Shown one piece after another: positions 41,501 through 51,550 of a stretch of 64,000 nt of DNA. Origin of the DNA: Mobula hypostoma (lineage: Eukaryota); NCBI RefSeq assembly GCF_963921235.1, contig NC_086108.1, positions 75,642,001 through 75,706,000 of the forward strand, read 5' to 3'. The notes under the pieces are model-generated. The model had not been told where the DNA came from, ran no database searches, and worked only from the letters and a program-made list of their open reading frames with translations. The position numbers and the translations under genes were made by a program. Position 1 is the first letter of the stretch. Every line of letters begins with the position of its first letter.

Positions 41501-44500
41501 CATCCTGGTAAATCTCCTCTGTACCCTTTCCAATGCTTCCACATCCTTCCTATAGTGAGGTGACCAGAACTCGACACAGTACTCCAAGTGTGGCCTAACC
41601 AGAGTTTTATAGAGCTGTATCATTACATCGCGACTCTTAAACTCCATCCCTCGACTTATGGAAGCTAACACCCCATAAGCTTTCTTGACTACCCTATCCA
41701 CCTGTGAGGCAACTTTCAGGGATCTGTGGACATGTACCCCGAGATCCTTCTGCTCCTCCACACTACCAAGTATCCTGCCATTTACTTTGTACTCTGCCTT
41801 GGAGTTTGTCCTTCCAAAGTGTACCACCTCACACTTCTCTGGGTTGAACTCCATCTGCCACTTCTCAGCCCACTTCTGCATCCTATCAATGTCTCTCTGC
41901 AATCTTTGACAATCCTCTACACTATCTACAACACCACCAACCTTTGTATCGTCTGCAAACTTGCCAACCCACCCTTCTACCCCCACATCCAGGTCGTTAA
42001 TAAAAATCACGAAAAGTAGAGGTCCCAGAACAGATCCTTGTGGGACACCACTAGTCACAATCCTCCAATCTGAATGTACTCCCTCCACCACCACCCTCTG
42101 TCTTCTGTAGGCAAGCCAATTCTGAATCCACCTGGCCAAACTTCCCTGGATCCCATGCCTTCTAACTTTCGGAATAAGCCTACCATGTGGAACCTTGTCA
42201 AATGCCTTACTAAAATCCATATAGGTCACATCCACTGCACTACCCTCATCTATATGCCTGGTCACCTCCTCAAAGAACTCTATCAGGCTTGTTAGACACG
42301 ATCTGCCCTTCACAAAGCCACGCTGACTGTCCCTGATCAGACCATGATTCTCTAAATGCCTACAGATCCTATCTCTAAGAATTTTTTCCAACAGCTTTCC
42401 CACCACAGACGCAAGGCTCACTGGTCTATAATTACCCAGACTATCTCTACTTCCTTTTTTGAACAAGGGGACAACATTCGCCTCCCTCCAATCCTCCAGT
42501 ACCATTCCCATGGACAACGAGGACATAAAGATCCTAGCCAGAGGCTCAGCAATCTCTTCCCTCGCCTCATGGAGCAGCCTGGGGAATATTCCATCAGGCC
42601 CCAGGGACTTATCTGTCCTAATATATTTTAACAACTCCAACACCTCCTGTCCCTTAATATCAACAAGCTCCAGAACATCAACCTCACTCATATTGTCCTC
42701 ACCATCAGCAAATTCCCTCTCGTTGGTGAATACTGAAGAGAAGTATGCATTGAGGCCCTCGTTCACTTCCACAGCCTCCAGGCACATCTTCCCACCTTTA
42801 TCTCTAATCGGTCCTACCTTCACTCCTGTCATCCTTTTTTTCTTCACATAATTGAAGAATGCCTTGGGGTTTTCCTTTACCCTACTCACCAAGGCCTTCT
42901 CATGCTCCCTTCTTGCTCTCCTCAGCCCCTTCTTAAGCTCCTTTCTTGCTTCCCTATATTCCTCAATAGGCCCATCTGATCCTTGCTTCCTAAACCTCAT
43001 GTATGCTGCCTTCTTTCACCTGACTAGATTTTCCACCTCACTTGTCACCCATGGTTCCTTCACCCTACCATTCTTTATCTTCCTCACCGGGACAAATTTA
43101 TCCCTTACATCCCGCAAGAGATCTCTAAACTTCGACCACATGTCCACAGTACATTTCCCTGCAAAAACATCATCCCAATTCACACCCGCAAGTTCTAGCC
43201 TTATAGCCTCATAATCTGCCTTTCCCCAATTAAAAATGTTCCTGTCCTCCCTGATTCTATCCTTTTCCATGATAATGCTAAAGGCCAGGGAGCGGTGGTC
43301 ACTGTCCCCCAGATGCTCACCCACTGAGAGATCTGTGACCTGACCCGGTTCATTACCTAGTACTAGATCTAGTATGGCATTCCCCCTGGTCGGCCTGTCC
43401 ACATACTGTGACAGGAATCCGTCCTGGACACACTTAACAAATTCTGCCCCATCTAAACCCTTGGAACTAATCAGATGCCAATCAATATTAGGGAAGTTAA
43501 AGTCACCCATGATAACAACCCTGTTATTTTTGCACCTTTCCAAAATCTGCCTCCCAATCTGCTCCTCTGTATCTCTGCTGCTACCAGGGGGCCTATAGAA
43601 TACCCCCAATAGAGTAACTGCTCCCTTCCTGTTCCTGACTTCCACCCATACTGACTCAAAAGAGGATCCTGCTACATTACCCACCCTTTCTGTAGCTGTA
43701 ATAGTATCCCTGACCAGTAATGCCACCCCTCCTCCCCTTTTTCCGCCCTCTCTATCCCTTTTAAAGCACTGAAATCCAGGAATATTGAGAATCCATTCCT
43801 GCCCTGGTGCCAGCCAAGTCTCGGTAATGGCCACTACATCATAATTCCATATATGTATCCAAGCTCTCAGTTCATCACCTTTGTTCCTGATGCTTCTTGC
43901 ATTGAGGTACACACATTTCAGCCCTTATACCTTACTGTCTTTACATCGTTTATTCTGCTTCGCTTTCCTCAAAGCCTCTCTGTATGTTAGATCTGGCTTT
44001 ACTCCATGCACTTCTTTCACTGCTCTATCGCTCTGGGTCCCATCCCCCTCACAAATTAGTTTAAACCCTCCCGAACCATGCTAGCAAACCTACCTGCAAG
44101 GATATTGCTCCCCCTCGAGTTCCGGTGCAACCCATCCAATTTGTACAGGTCCCACCTTCCCCAGAAGAGATCCCAATGATCTAAAAATCGAAAACCCTGC
44201 TCCCTGCATCAACTCCTCAGCCACGCATTCAACTGCCATCTCCTCCAATTCTTACCATCTCTGTCACGTAGCACTGGCAGCAATCCTGAGAACGCCACCC
44301 TTGAGGTCCTGTTCTTCAGCCTTCTGCCTAATTCCCGAAACTCACACTTCAGGACCTCATCCCTCTTCCTGCCTATGTTGTTGATCTCAACATGTATCAC
44401 GACTTCTGGTTGCTTTCCCTCTCGTACCAGGATGTCGTGCACCTGGTCAGAGACATCCCTGACCCTGGCACCCGGGAGGCAACAAACCATGCAGGTGACC

Positions 44501-45901
44501 TTCTCACGTCCACAAAATCTCCTGTCTGCTCCCCTGACTATAGAGTCTCCAATGATGACAACTCTCCTCTTCTCCGTCCCACCCTTCTGCACCACAGAGT
44601 CAGACTCAGTGCCGGAGGCCCTGCCACAGTGGCTCACACCTGGTCGGTCGTCCCCGCCAACAGTATCCAGGACAGTAAACTTATTATTCAGGGGAATGGC
44701 TACAGGGGTGCTCTGCACTACCTGTCTGCTCACCTTCGCTTTCCCCCCTCTGACTGTCACCCAACGACCTGCTTCCGACAGCCTAGGTGTGACTACCTCC
44801 CTGTAGCTCTCAGAACTCCTTGGAATATGACAATAATACAGGTGTGCGCCGCTTAATGTCCATTTGGACAACGTCCAATCGCATATACATCTGTAGTCCC
44901 GATCGGAGAACATGACGTAGCGGACGTAACCAACCTTGTGTATTGTGCGTCTCTTGAGTGCAGTAGCGTTACCTCTCTGTTTAATTTTCTTTTGAAAATA
45001 TTACCGTAAAGTGCATCATGGCTTCCAAACGCAGGTTATTCGACCTGAAACTCTTCCAGTGGAACACAATGAGGAAGTTGAGAACAGTGATATGGATGAT
45101 CCTGAATCATCTTTGATAAATTGTGTTGATATAGGCTAAGAAAGTGTTTACATAAAAGTTTAAAAAGTGAATAAAATTAAAAAGGTTAAAATGAAATAAA
45201 AAATTATAGTGTACATATGTATTATAGTGTACAGTATACAGTTTTAGTGTAAGTTCTTGGCTATTTAGTCAATACAGGTACACTACAGAAGCGGTCGCCA
45301 ACCTCCGGGCCGCAGACCGATACATTGCCACAAAGAATGCAGTGGTGCAGCAGTAGTCGGAACGCGCGTCGCCTCTGATCTGGGCCGACATTTACGTGCT
45401 GGGCGGCACCCAATTAATTAGCTTGTTTATTTCGGCTTTTTTTCTTAAAGATGTGCTGGGTGCATTCCAACTACGGCTGCACCACTGCATTCTTCGCGGC
45501 AATGTATCGGTCCGCGGCCCGAAGGTTGGGGACCAGTACACTACAGCACTCCATATAGGTTTGCTAAGTATATAATATGGCGTTCGCACAACGTCCAAAT
45601 CACATAACGTCCGATTTCACATAACGTATTGTGGACGTTAAGCGACGCATACCTGTAATTGCAATGTCCTTCAATAAACATTTAAAATCAAAGTCTACAA
45701 AAATGAGTTAAATCAAAACCATAAGTGAATAAGATTACAAGGACAATTAAATTATTTTTCAGCAAACAATCTCAAATCTTCTTGCCTACCTTCTTTGATC
45801 TGATTGAAGCATGGTTTCTTCTTTTGAGAAGACATTATGATATTTTCTTTTCTCTTTAGTGACGCTTTCCTGCTTTTCACTGAGGTTTTCATTTTGTTCA
45901 T
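5185..45901 (-). CDS. MUTYH: MUTYH adenine DNA glycosylase, complete spliced CDS (15 coding exons, 1581 nt, 526 aa)
   Basis: Hand-assembled exons 45790-45901, 37911-38029, 37745-37784, 36813-36886, 36675-36716, 29891-29962, 29334-29447, 24633-24730, 13421-13565, 12322-12409, 11584-11775, 9542-9687, 9011-9178, 8288-8326, 5185-5316. All introns are GT-AG and phases match. MutY motifs present: [13 protein letters not shown] (catalytic Glu), GLGYY, Hh[16 protein letters not shown] (catalytic Asp), Fe-S loop [22 protein letters not shown] loop, C-terminal PIP-like box. Confidence 0.97.
5390..7910. mobile_element. Degenerate Penelope-like remnant (inverted terminus plus GIY-YIG end), split by a CR1
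   Basis: PLE-terminus-like sequence in opposite orientations at about 5390-5640 and 7630-7910; remnant QHLIF...LQPNG at 5730-5800. Confidence 0.55.
6024..7623 (+). mobile_element. CR1 LINE, 5'-truncated RT region
   Basis: [40 protein letters not shown] motifs; stop at 6596-6598 and a frameshift; TTCTATGG tail. Confidence 0.95.
8288..8326 (-). CDS. MUTYH: MUTYH 39-nt exon ([13 protein letters not shown])
   Basis: tttacag / gtaggt boundaries; VFR follows MKK as in vertebrate MUTYH. Confidence 0.88.
8594..8614. repeat. (AT)n microsatellite
   Basis: About 10 AT units. Confidence 0.9.
9011..9178 (-). CDS. MUTYH: MUTYH exon ([12 protein letters not shown]...SAVPTSMKK)
   Basis: HxFSH 8-oxoG recognition loop; AG/GT boundaries. 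Confidence 0.96.
9290..9510 (-). mobile_element. tRNA-derived SINE (HE1-like), degenerate
   Basis: B-box-like GGTTCAATTC on the minus strand and a CR1-type GGGCC tail; similar copies at about 370-670, 13770-14060, 14806-15029, 40700-41005 and 63510-64000. Confidence 0.55.
9542..9687 (-). CDS. MUTYH: MUTYH exon ([11 protein letters not shown]...QYVGE)
   Basis: GLLAG-x-W-x-FP NUDIX-like domain motif; gtgagc donor. Confidence 0.95.
9845..11110 (-). mobile_element. CR1 LINE, degenerate 3' part
   Basis: [17 protein letters not shown] and [10 protein letters not shown] remnants; (GTCTT/AAGAC) tail. Confidence 0.85.
11584..11775 (-). CDS. MUTYH: MUTYH exon ([10 protein letters not shown]...GVMNYPRK...LVQRPST)
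   Basis: CxxC zinc ligands, GVxNxPRK and LVQRP motifs; AG/GT boundaries. Confidence 0.96.
12322..12409 (-). CDS. MUTYH: MUTYH exon, interdomain connector ([11 protein letters not shown]...PDIEEC)
   Basis: ttttcag / gtaaga boundaries; ends in PDIEEC. Confidence 0.93.
13421..13565 (-). CDS. MUTYH: MUTYH exon, [4Fe-4S] cluster loop
   Basis: [33 protein letters not shown] = C-x6-C-x2-C-x5-C; gtaagt donor. Confidence 0.98.
15029..24098 (-). mobile_element. Full-length CR1 LINE (ORF1 zinc finger plus GDSL/SGNH esterase; ORF2 APE plus RT), interrupted by an L1
   Basis: ORF1 CARCQMWE...CTWC and VIGDSIVRG at 23330-23880, continuing as [11 protein letters not shown] at 18000-18380; APE AITETW, GDFNFP, SDH; RT motifs at 15700-16750; several frameshifts; TCTATGTT tail. 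Confidence 0.93.
18390..23314 (+). mobile_element. L1-clade non-LTR retrotransposon, 5'-truncated within ORF1
   Basis: ORF1 end (YPARLRVFY); ORF2 19004-22771 with APE (SYNVNG, LQETH, GGDFN, SRIDY, SDH), RT ([20 protein letters not shown]) and C-terminal CWRRC...HIFWDC; about 3 frameshifts; AATAAA at 23292 and poly(A); 14-bp TSD AAGATATCGTGGAC at 18376-18389 and 23315-23328. Confidence 0.96.
24633..24730 (-). CDS. MUTYH: MUTYH exon ([33 protein letters not shown])
   Basis: Catalytic Asp motif VVDGNV; ttatag / gtaaga boundaries. Confidence 0.97.
25949..28857 (-). mobile_element. Penelope-like retroelement (Neptune-type), decayed
   Basis: RT motifs [33 protein letters not shown]; linker [16 protein letters not shown] region with LYIG...[10 protein letters not shown]; hammerhead near the 3' end; frameshifts. 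Confidence 0.93.
26046..26081 (-). ncRNA. Minimal hammerhead motif, C3U variant
   Basis: AGTC-TTGATGA-AGG(GTCTCAG)CCT-GAA-ACGT-C-GACT in the 3' terminal region of the PLE. Confidence 0.65.
29334..29447 (-). CDS. MUTYH: MUTYH exon, helix-hairpin-helix ([38 protein letters not shown])
   Basis: HhH motif [13 protein letters not shown] boundaries. Confidence 0.97.
29891..29962 (-). CDS. MUTYH: MUTYH exon ([24 protein letters not shown])
   Basis: GLGYY motif; ttgtag / gtaacc boundaries. Confidence 0.97.
30024..30830. mobile_element. Tc1/pogo (Tigger-like) MITE, degenerate
   Basis: TA-flanked; degenerate TIRs CAGTGGATT...GTTA(G/A)TTG and repeated TTAATTGGG motifs near both ends. Confidence 0.5.
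30882..32255 (-). mobile_element. CR1 LINE, 5'-truncated
   Basis: RT motifs in ORF 31578-32324; AGAACAT tail; same family as 41062-44811. Confidence 0.95.
32761..34206 (+). mobile_element. CR1 LINE, 5'-truncated and degenerate
   Basis: [29 protein letters not shown]; stops and deletions. Confidence 0.92.
35810..36260 (+). mobile_element. Unclassified non-LTR retroelement 3' end
   Basis: GC-rich block followed by a T-rich 3' UTR, AATAAA and an (AATCT)n tail. Confidence 0.4.
36675..36716 (-). CDS. MUTYH: MUTYH exon ([14 protein letters not shown])
   Basis: 42 nt, tttcag acceptor, gtaaaa donor. Confidence 0.93.
36813..36886 (-). CDS. MUTYH: MUTYH exon ([25 protein letters not shown])
   Basis: Catalytic Glu motif [12 protein letters not shown] boundaries. 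Confidence 0.97.
37745..37784 (-). CDS. MUTYH: MUTYH 40-nt exon ([13 protein letters not shown])
   Basis: ctcctag acceptor, gtattg donor; RAYA motif bridges the neighbouring exon phases. Confidence 0.92.
37911..38029 (-). CDS. MUTYH: MUTYH exon ([10 protein letters not shown]...[17 protein letters not shown])
   Basis: tttgcag acceptor, gtaaga donor; MutY W-Y...R-x-LPWR motif. Confidence 0.95.
38509..38570. repeat. (GAT/GAC)n microsatellite (SINE tail)
   Basis: About 20 triplets. Confidence 0.95.
38510..38801 (-). mobile_element. tRNA-derived SINE with (CAT/CGT)n tail
   Basis: B box GGTTTGAATCC; 3' half matches the SINE at 47384; (GAT/GAC)n at 38509-38570; possible 8-bp TSD CTGGACAA at 38502-38509 and 38802-38809. 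Confidence 0.75.
39024..40464 (+). mobile_element. CR1 LINE, 5'-truncated RT
   Basis: 315-aa RT ORF at 39098-40045 continuing past a single stop; CR1-type 3' UTR. Confidence 0.95.
41062..44811 (-). mobile_element. Young CR1 LINE, near full length (partial ORF1 esterase; ORF2 APE plus RT)
   Basis: ORFs 43016-43912 and 41129-43000 are in the same frame, separated by one TGA; ORF1 has IIGDSIVRG and DGLH; AGAACAT tail. Confidence 0.97.
44839..45655. mobile_element. Tigger/pogo-like MITE
   Basis: 23-bp TIRs CAGGTGTGCGCCGCTTAATGTCC / GGACGTTAAGCGACGCATACCTG; TA on both sides. Confidence 0.8.
45289..45538. mobile_element. hAT (Charlie-like) MITE nested in the Tigger-like MITE
   Basis: Long internal inverted repeats with GGTC(G/C)CCAACC ends; 8-bp TSD CACTACAG at 45281-45288 and 45539-45546; a half copy at 46497-46672. 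Confidence 0.8.
45790..45901 (-). CDS. MUTYH: MUTYH first coding exon ([18 protein letters not shown]...QIKE)
   Basis: Acceptor ttttttag at 45909-45908, 6 nt of UTR, ATG at 45901, donor GAAG|gtaggc. Basic N-terminus; the phase-1 end joins the next exon. Confidence 0.8.
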
Positions 45902-46677
45902 TATATTCTAAAAAATATATAATTAAGAATTGAGTAAAGTAGTTCAGGTATGAAGGAAACAGCATGAGGAGAAAATATAGTCATAATCATACTTTATTGA
46001 TCCCAGGGGAAATTGGTTTTCGTTACAGTTGCACATTAAATAATTAAATAGTAAAAAAACCCATAAATAGTTAAATAGTAATATTTGCTCCTTTGTTTCC
46101 AGAAATAAACTTTATTTGGATAGAAGAGAAAATCAAAAACATTTCAATGTATTTGCAGGCATATTTTTCATAAGTACCAAAACATATCCTTTAAGCCCAA
46201 AATAAGCTACAAAATCAATTCTATGGGAATGGAGGTGGGGCCTTTTATGTCAAAGACTCATCATAGGGACCACCCTCATTTACATCATGGAAGTAGTTCA
46301 AATGCTCTCCTTACACTGACTACATTACAGACAGGAGAATGGGGTTGAGAGGATAATAAATCAATCATGATGAAATAACGGAGCAGACTCGATGGGCCAA
46401 ATGGCCTAATTCTGCTCCCAGGTCTTACGATCTTATGGTTTTCACTGCAATAGTGACCACACATCAAAGGTGGTTTATTATTTAAGTATACTCTCACAGT
46501 GGTCCCCAACCTCCGGGCCGTGGACCGATACATTGTCGTGAAGAATGCAGGGGTGCAGCGGTAGTCGGGACGCACCCAGCACATCTTTAAGGAAAAAGCC
46601 GAAATAAACAAGCTAATTAATTAGGTGCCGCCCGGCACGTAAATGTCGGCCCAGATCCGCCTCTGATCTGGTATACC

Positions 46678-47005
46678 CCATGATAGATGTATACAAGATA
46701 TTAAGAAGAATAGATAGAGTGGACAGCCAGCACCTCTTCCCCAAGGCACCGCTGCTCAGTACAAGAGGACATGGCTTTAAGGTAAGGGGTGGGAAGTTCA
46801 AGGGGGATATTAGAGGAAGGTTTTTTACTCAGAGAGTGATTGGTATGTGGAATGCACTGCCTGAGTCAGTGGTGAAATTTCAGAGACTACTAGACAGGTA
46901 TATGGAGGAATTTAAGGTGGCTGGTTTTATGGGAGGCAGGGTTTAAGGGTCGGCATAACATTGTGGGCCGAAAGGCCTGTACTGTATTGTACTATTCTAC
47001 GTGCT
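46678..47005 (+). mobile_element. CR1 3' end fragment
   Basis: IDVYKILRRIDRVDSQHLFP...FFTQRV. Confidence 0.88.
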
Positions 47006-47164
47006 ATGACATTGGTGTTTCCATACCAGGCTATGGTAGCCAGTCAATATGCTCTCCACTACACATCTATAGAAGTTGGGCAAAGTTTTAGATGCCATGG
47101 CAAATCTTCACAAACTCCTAAGGAAGAGAAAGCACTGCTTTGCTTTCTCCATATTTGCACTTAG

Positions 47165-48105
47165 GTGCTGAGCCCAGGCCAGGTCCTCTGAAATAATGAC
47201 ACCAGGGAATTTAAAGGTGCTCATCTTCTCCACCTCTGATGCCCTGATGAGGACTGGCTCATGGACCTCTGGTTTCCTCCTCCTGAAATTAATAGTCAGC
47301 TCTTTGGTCCTGCTGACATTGAGTAAGAAGTTGTTGTGATACCACTCAGCCAGATTTTCAATCTCCCTCCTGTGTCTGATTCTGGGCACGTGGCCAAGTG
47401 GTTAAGGCGTTCGTCTAGTGATCTCAGGGTCGCTAGTTCGAGCCTCAGCTGTGGCAGCATGTTAGTGTCCTTGAGCAAGGCACTTAACCACACATTGCTC
47501 TAGTATCTGTGCGAGGAGTGGCGCCCCACACAGACTTCCATTCTGCGCCTTGTAAGGCATGAAAATGCCCGACGCAGGCCTCTCATGGTCTGAGTCGACG
47601 TTCCCCTCCCTCCTGTGTCCGATTCATCACCACCTTTGATTTGGCCTACAACAGTGGTGTCGCCCACAAACTTAAACATGGCATTAAAGCAGTGCCTAGC
47701 TACACAATCGCAAGTGTAAAGCAAGTACAGCAGGGGGCTAAGCACACAGCTTTGTCCTGGAGATTGTGGAGATGTTGCTGCCAATCTGAACTGAATGGAA
47801 TCTGCAAATGAGGAAATTGAGGATCCAATTGTGCAAGGAGATACTAAGACCTTAATCTTATTGATAAATTTTGAGGGGATGATGGTATTAAATGCCGACT
47901 TATGTCAATAAAGAGCAACCTAATGTATGCATTTTTGCAGTCCCGGTGTTCCAGGGTTGAGTGAAGAGCCAATGAGCTGGCATTTGCTGTGGACCTGTTG
48001 TGACAGCAGGCAAATTGGAGCATATCCAAGTCGCTTCTCAGGCAGGAATTGATATTTTTCATCACCAGCCTCTCAAAGCACTTCACCATTGTGGATATAA
48101 GTGCT
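47165..48105 (-). mobile_element. Rex1/Babar-type RT fragment, interrupted by a SINE
   Basis: KCFERLV, LQFA, ALHSTLEH, IRLLFID, LSPLLYLLYTCDC, FKFVGDTTVVGQI. Confidence 0.75.
47384..47605 (+). mobile_element. tRNA-derived SINE with CORE-like segment
   Basis: A box TGGCCAAGTGG, B box GTTCGAGCC, TGTCCTTGAGCAAGGCACTTAACC; 20-bp TSD with 1 mismatch at 47363-47382 and 47606-47625. Confidence 0.85.
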
Positions 48106-48377
48106 ACTACCACTCTCCAGCTTCTCCTTAAAGCCACTGTCAAATCAAATTTACTACCTCATCTTGAATGCCAAGTGACTGAAACTCTTGACCAACTTCC
48201 CATGTGGGACCTTGTCAAAGGCCTTGCTAAAGTCCATGTAGACAACATTCACTGCCTTTCCTTCATCAACTTTCCTGGTAATTTCCTCAAAAAACTCTAT
48301 AAGATTGGTTACACATGACCTACCACACACAAAGTCGTGGTGACTATTCACATACTTATATATCCGGTCCCATAGAA

Positions 48378-49145
48378 CAGGGGTCCCAACCTTTTTTGCA
48401 CCACGGACCGGTTTAATATTGACAATATTCTTGCGGACGGGCAGACCGGGGGGGGGGGGCGGCGTTCAAGTAGGTTAAACTCACCTCAACATGTCTTTTA
48501 CAGTTAGGGTTGCCAACTTTCTCACTCCCAAATAAGGAACAAAAGTAGCAGTCAAATCCCGGGACACTTTACCCCAGGAAAGACCACCATGACCATGAAG
48601 CCTTGCGCGGGCACCTGTGTGCGCATGCGTATCGTGCGCATGTAATGTGTGCATGCGCGTACGTGCTGATGTTTTTCCGATTGTTTTGCCTTCATCTTCC
48701 CGACTACACTGTACATACATTATTTCTTCTTTTATAGGTTGTGTAGTTATATCATTCCTGCTTTTACTATATGTTAGTGTTATTTTAGATTTTATGTGTT
48801 ATTTGGTATGATTTGGTAGGTTATTTTTTGGGTCTGGGAATGCCCAAAAATTTTCCCCATATAAATTAATGGTAATTGCTTCTTCGCTTCACGCCATTTC
48901 GGCACGAAAGGCTCCATAGAAACGCTCTACCTTAGCGGGGGAAATACGGGAGAAGAGCGGTCCCGTATGGGACAAATCAATTTAGCCCAATATACGGGAT
49001 GTCCCAGCAAATATGGGACAGTTGGCAACCCTATGTTCAAGTTCAACAGTGCGTGACAGGGAATGAAGAAAGGTGCAGCTGACTCATATCGTTTCCTCAC
49101 GGCCCGGTAGCACATGCTTTGCGACCCTGTGGCTGGGGACCACTG
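48378..49145. mobile_element. Composite hAT non-autonomous element inserted in a CR1 remnant (about 48110-49590)
   Basis: Ends CAGGGGTCCCAACC / GGCTGGGGACCACTG; 8-bp TSD CCATAGAA at 48370-48377 and 49146-49153; internal TIR pair TAGGGTTGCCAAC at 48505 and 49021-49033. Confidence 0.8.
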
Positions 49146-51049
49146 CCATAGAATACCTTCCAATAAATTAACCACTACTGATGTCAGGATCATCAGCCTA
49201 ACCTTATTCTTAGAGCCTCTTTAAACCGCGGAACCCCATTAGCGATCCTCCAATCGTCTGGCACCTCACCCATGGTTAAGGACCTTTTAAATATCTTTGC
49301 TAAGGTCCTGGGTATTTATCCACCCTAATCTGCCTTAAGACTGCAAACACCTCCTCCTCTGAAATCCGTATATAGACCATGACCTCACTCTATATATTCT
49401 GTCCACCTCCCAAGTACAATTGCAAAAAATCAATTTAAGATCGCTCCCATCTCTTTCAGCTCCACACATAGATGATCACTCTGATCTTCCAGACGACCAA
49501 TTCTGTCCCTTTTGCTCTTAATATATCTGGAGAAGCCCTTAGGATTCTCCTTCACTTTGTCTTTTAGAGTAACCTTATGCCTTCTTTTCACCCTTTAAGC
49601 ACTTTAAGAGAAAGTCAGCAGAGGTAAAATGTGTTGAATAATATTCTTTCTTGTTCACACTAGGCACATGTCAGGAAACAATGAAATATGAGTGCAGTTC
49701 CATCAATACTCAGGAGTCTTAACACTATTCCAGACAAAGCAGCCCACTCGATTGGTATCTGATCCACCAACAAAATACTTAAAGCTTTAACAATTACTGC
49801 CCAGTGACTGCTGTGTACATTCTATAAAATATTCCACAGCCACTCGGCGAGGTTAGTCCCAGCCTTGCCAAAACCTGCAACCTCTATCGCTAAGGCCATG
49901 GATACACTTTGCTTTTCCTTTATTCATTTGGCCAAAATCCCAACTCAGCAGTGTTCTGAGTGCATCTACAGTTGTTCAAGTAGGTGGTTTACTCCCACCT
50001 TCCTATGGGCAATCAGGAACGGGCAACAAATCAACAAAAAGAGAAAAAGTCTATTTAATTACACAATATGTTTCCCAATTTGATATTCTCTAATCCAGAA
50101 AATTCTATAATTTTAATCAATATCTTATTAAAGCAAAATCTGCAAATGTTAGAAATCTGAAATTTAAAAGAAACAGAAGCTTTGATTGGGCACCAATCTC
50201 CATTTACAAGGATGACTCTGAACTTCCAGTTACCTCTCACTTTAAATCTCTATCCATTCCATTCTGACTGTAATGGCTTTGGCTATTCCAAGAAAGCCCA
50301 ACATAAAGCTCAGAGAGTAGTACCACATCTGTCTTCTTCCATCTAGACATGTTACAGACCTTGGGACTCAATACTGAATTCAACAATTCCACATAACTAT
50401 GTTTTCGAACAATCTGCTTCACCATCATTGTTGTGCAATATTAAAGAAGCCCCCTCTCCCTTCCCCCCATTCACGGGCAACTTTAACACAGTCCCCTTTC
50501 CACTCCCTCTCCCCACAGATGTAGCCTGATGTGTTGAATACTTCCAGTAATCTGTTGTTTCACCTCTCCATTCACTGGTGTGCTCTGCATCTCATTATTC
50601 TAAGATTGCATTTGTTATCTCTCTACCGTCTTTCGGTTCATCATCTTGTCTTTACTCTCCTCAGGATAACTCTTTTGCATTTAATTAATCTTGGATGACA
50701 TCAAGTGCATTTATTTAACCTGAACAATCTCGGTCTTCATACTTTCATTCACTCATTTTGTTCTCTCCACCAACCCCTCTCTGCAACTTAATTCACATTT
50801 ATTTTCTCACTTTTCCAGTTGGGAGGACCTAGAACAAATAGTTCAGGAGTCCACCATTATACACGTGTTGACTCCTCAGCATCAGGGGTTTATATTGTGT
50901 TTGCAGATGAGCTCCACAACCACATATGTAAATCCAACCTAGGTTCCTGTATTGAAGGATACAGGATACGTGAAATTACTGAGCGTTTGTGTTAAAAGTT
51001 GTCAAATTATTTTATATCTCAGCTGCCATTGAAAATAACGAAGCTAGAG

Positions 51050-51550
51050 AGCCAGTTGTGCAGCACAACGTACCTTGCAGCCGTGCCGAGTGAGAAATGC
51101 TACAAGTGGGTAACACCACCGACTGTATTCAAGGGGGATTTTCGTTAAAGAATGACCCCCAAAGAGCAGTTTATTCGTTCACCAGTAAGAGAGTACTTAC
51201 GGGTTCCGCTACCCTTTTGGTCGGGAGAAAGGAAAGGAAAGGAGAGGTCGTCAATCTTCCACACAAAGCTGCTAGGTTGACTTTAGTTTGCCGTCGCGCC
51301 GAAGGCTGAGCCTGCGCTGTTCCTCATCAGAGCGCGACCGGTGGAGGAAAAGGACCCGAGCGCCGGTAAGCTGTGCGAGGGCTGGTTGTTTCCTGGCGAC
51401 CATGCAGGGTGAAGTGAGGCTGGAAGGGGAGTCCGTTCTTTTTCTCGTATCTCCCACCTGGTAGTTGTTATTGCCAGATCTGAAGAATTCATCATTCGGT
51501 AGTTGTACAGTGCTGACGAGAGAAGGAGGAGCAGCGGAAGGAAAGGTTTG
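51050..51550. promoter_or_regulatory. Probable bidirectional MUTYH/TOE1 promoter with non-coding first exons
   Basis: Non-repeat CpG-rich patch between the two divergent genes. Plus-strand donor CCG|GTAAGC (GT at 51366). Minus-strand donors CCC|GTAAGT (51200), AAG|GTACGT (51073) and CAG|GTGGGA (about 51457). TSS positions cannot be fixed from sequence. Confidence 0.7.

Noticed and set aside
47384..47455. tRNA gene (also at 60946)
   Set aside because: A and B boxes are present, but there is no closing acceptor stem or T-run terminator. The sequence runs into a SINE body with TSDs.
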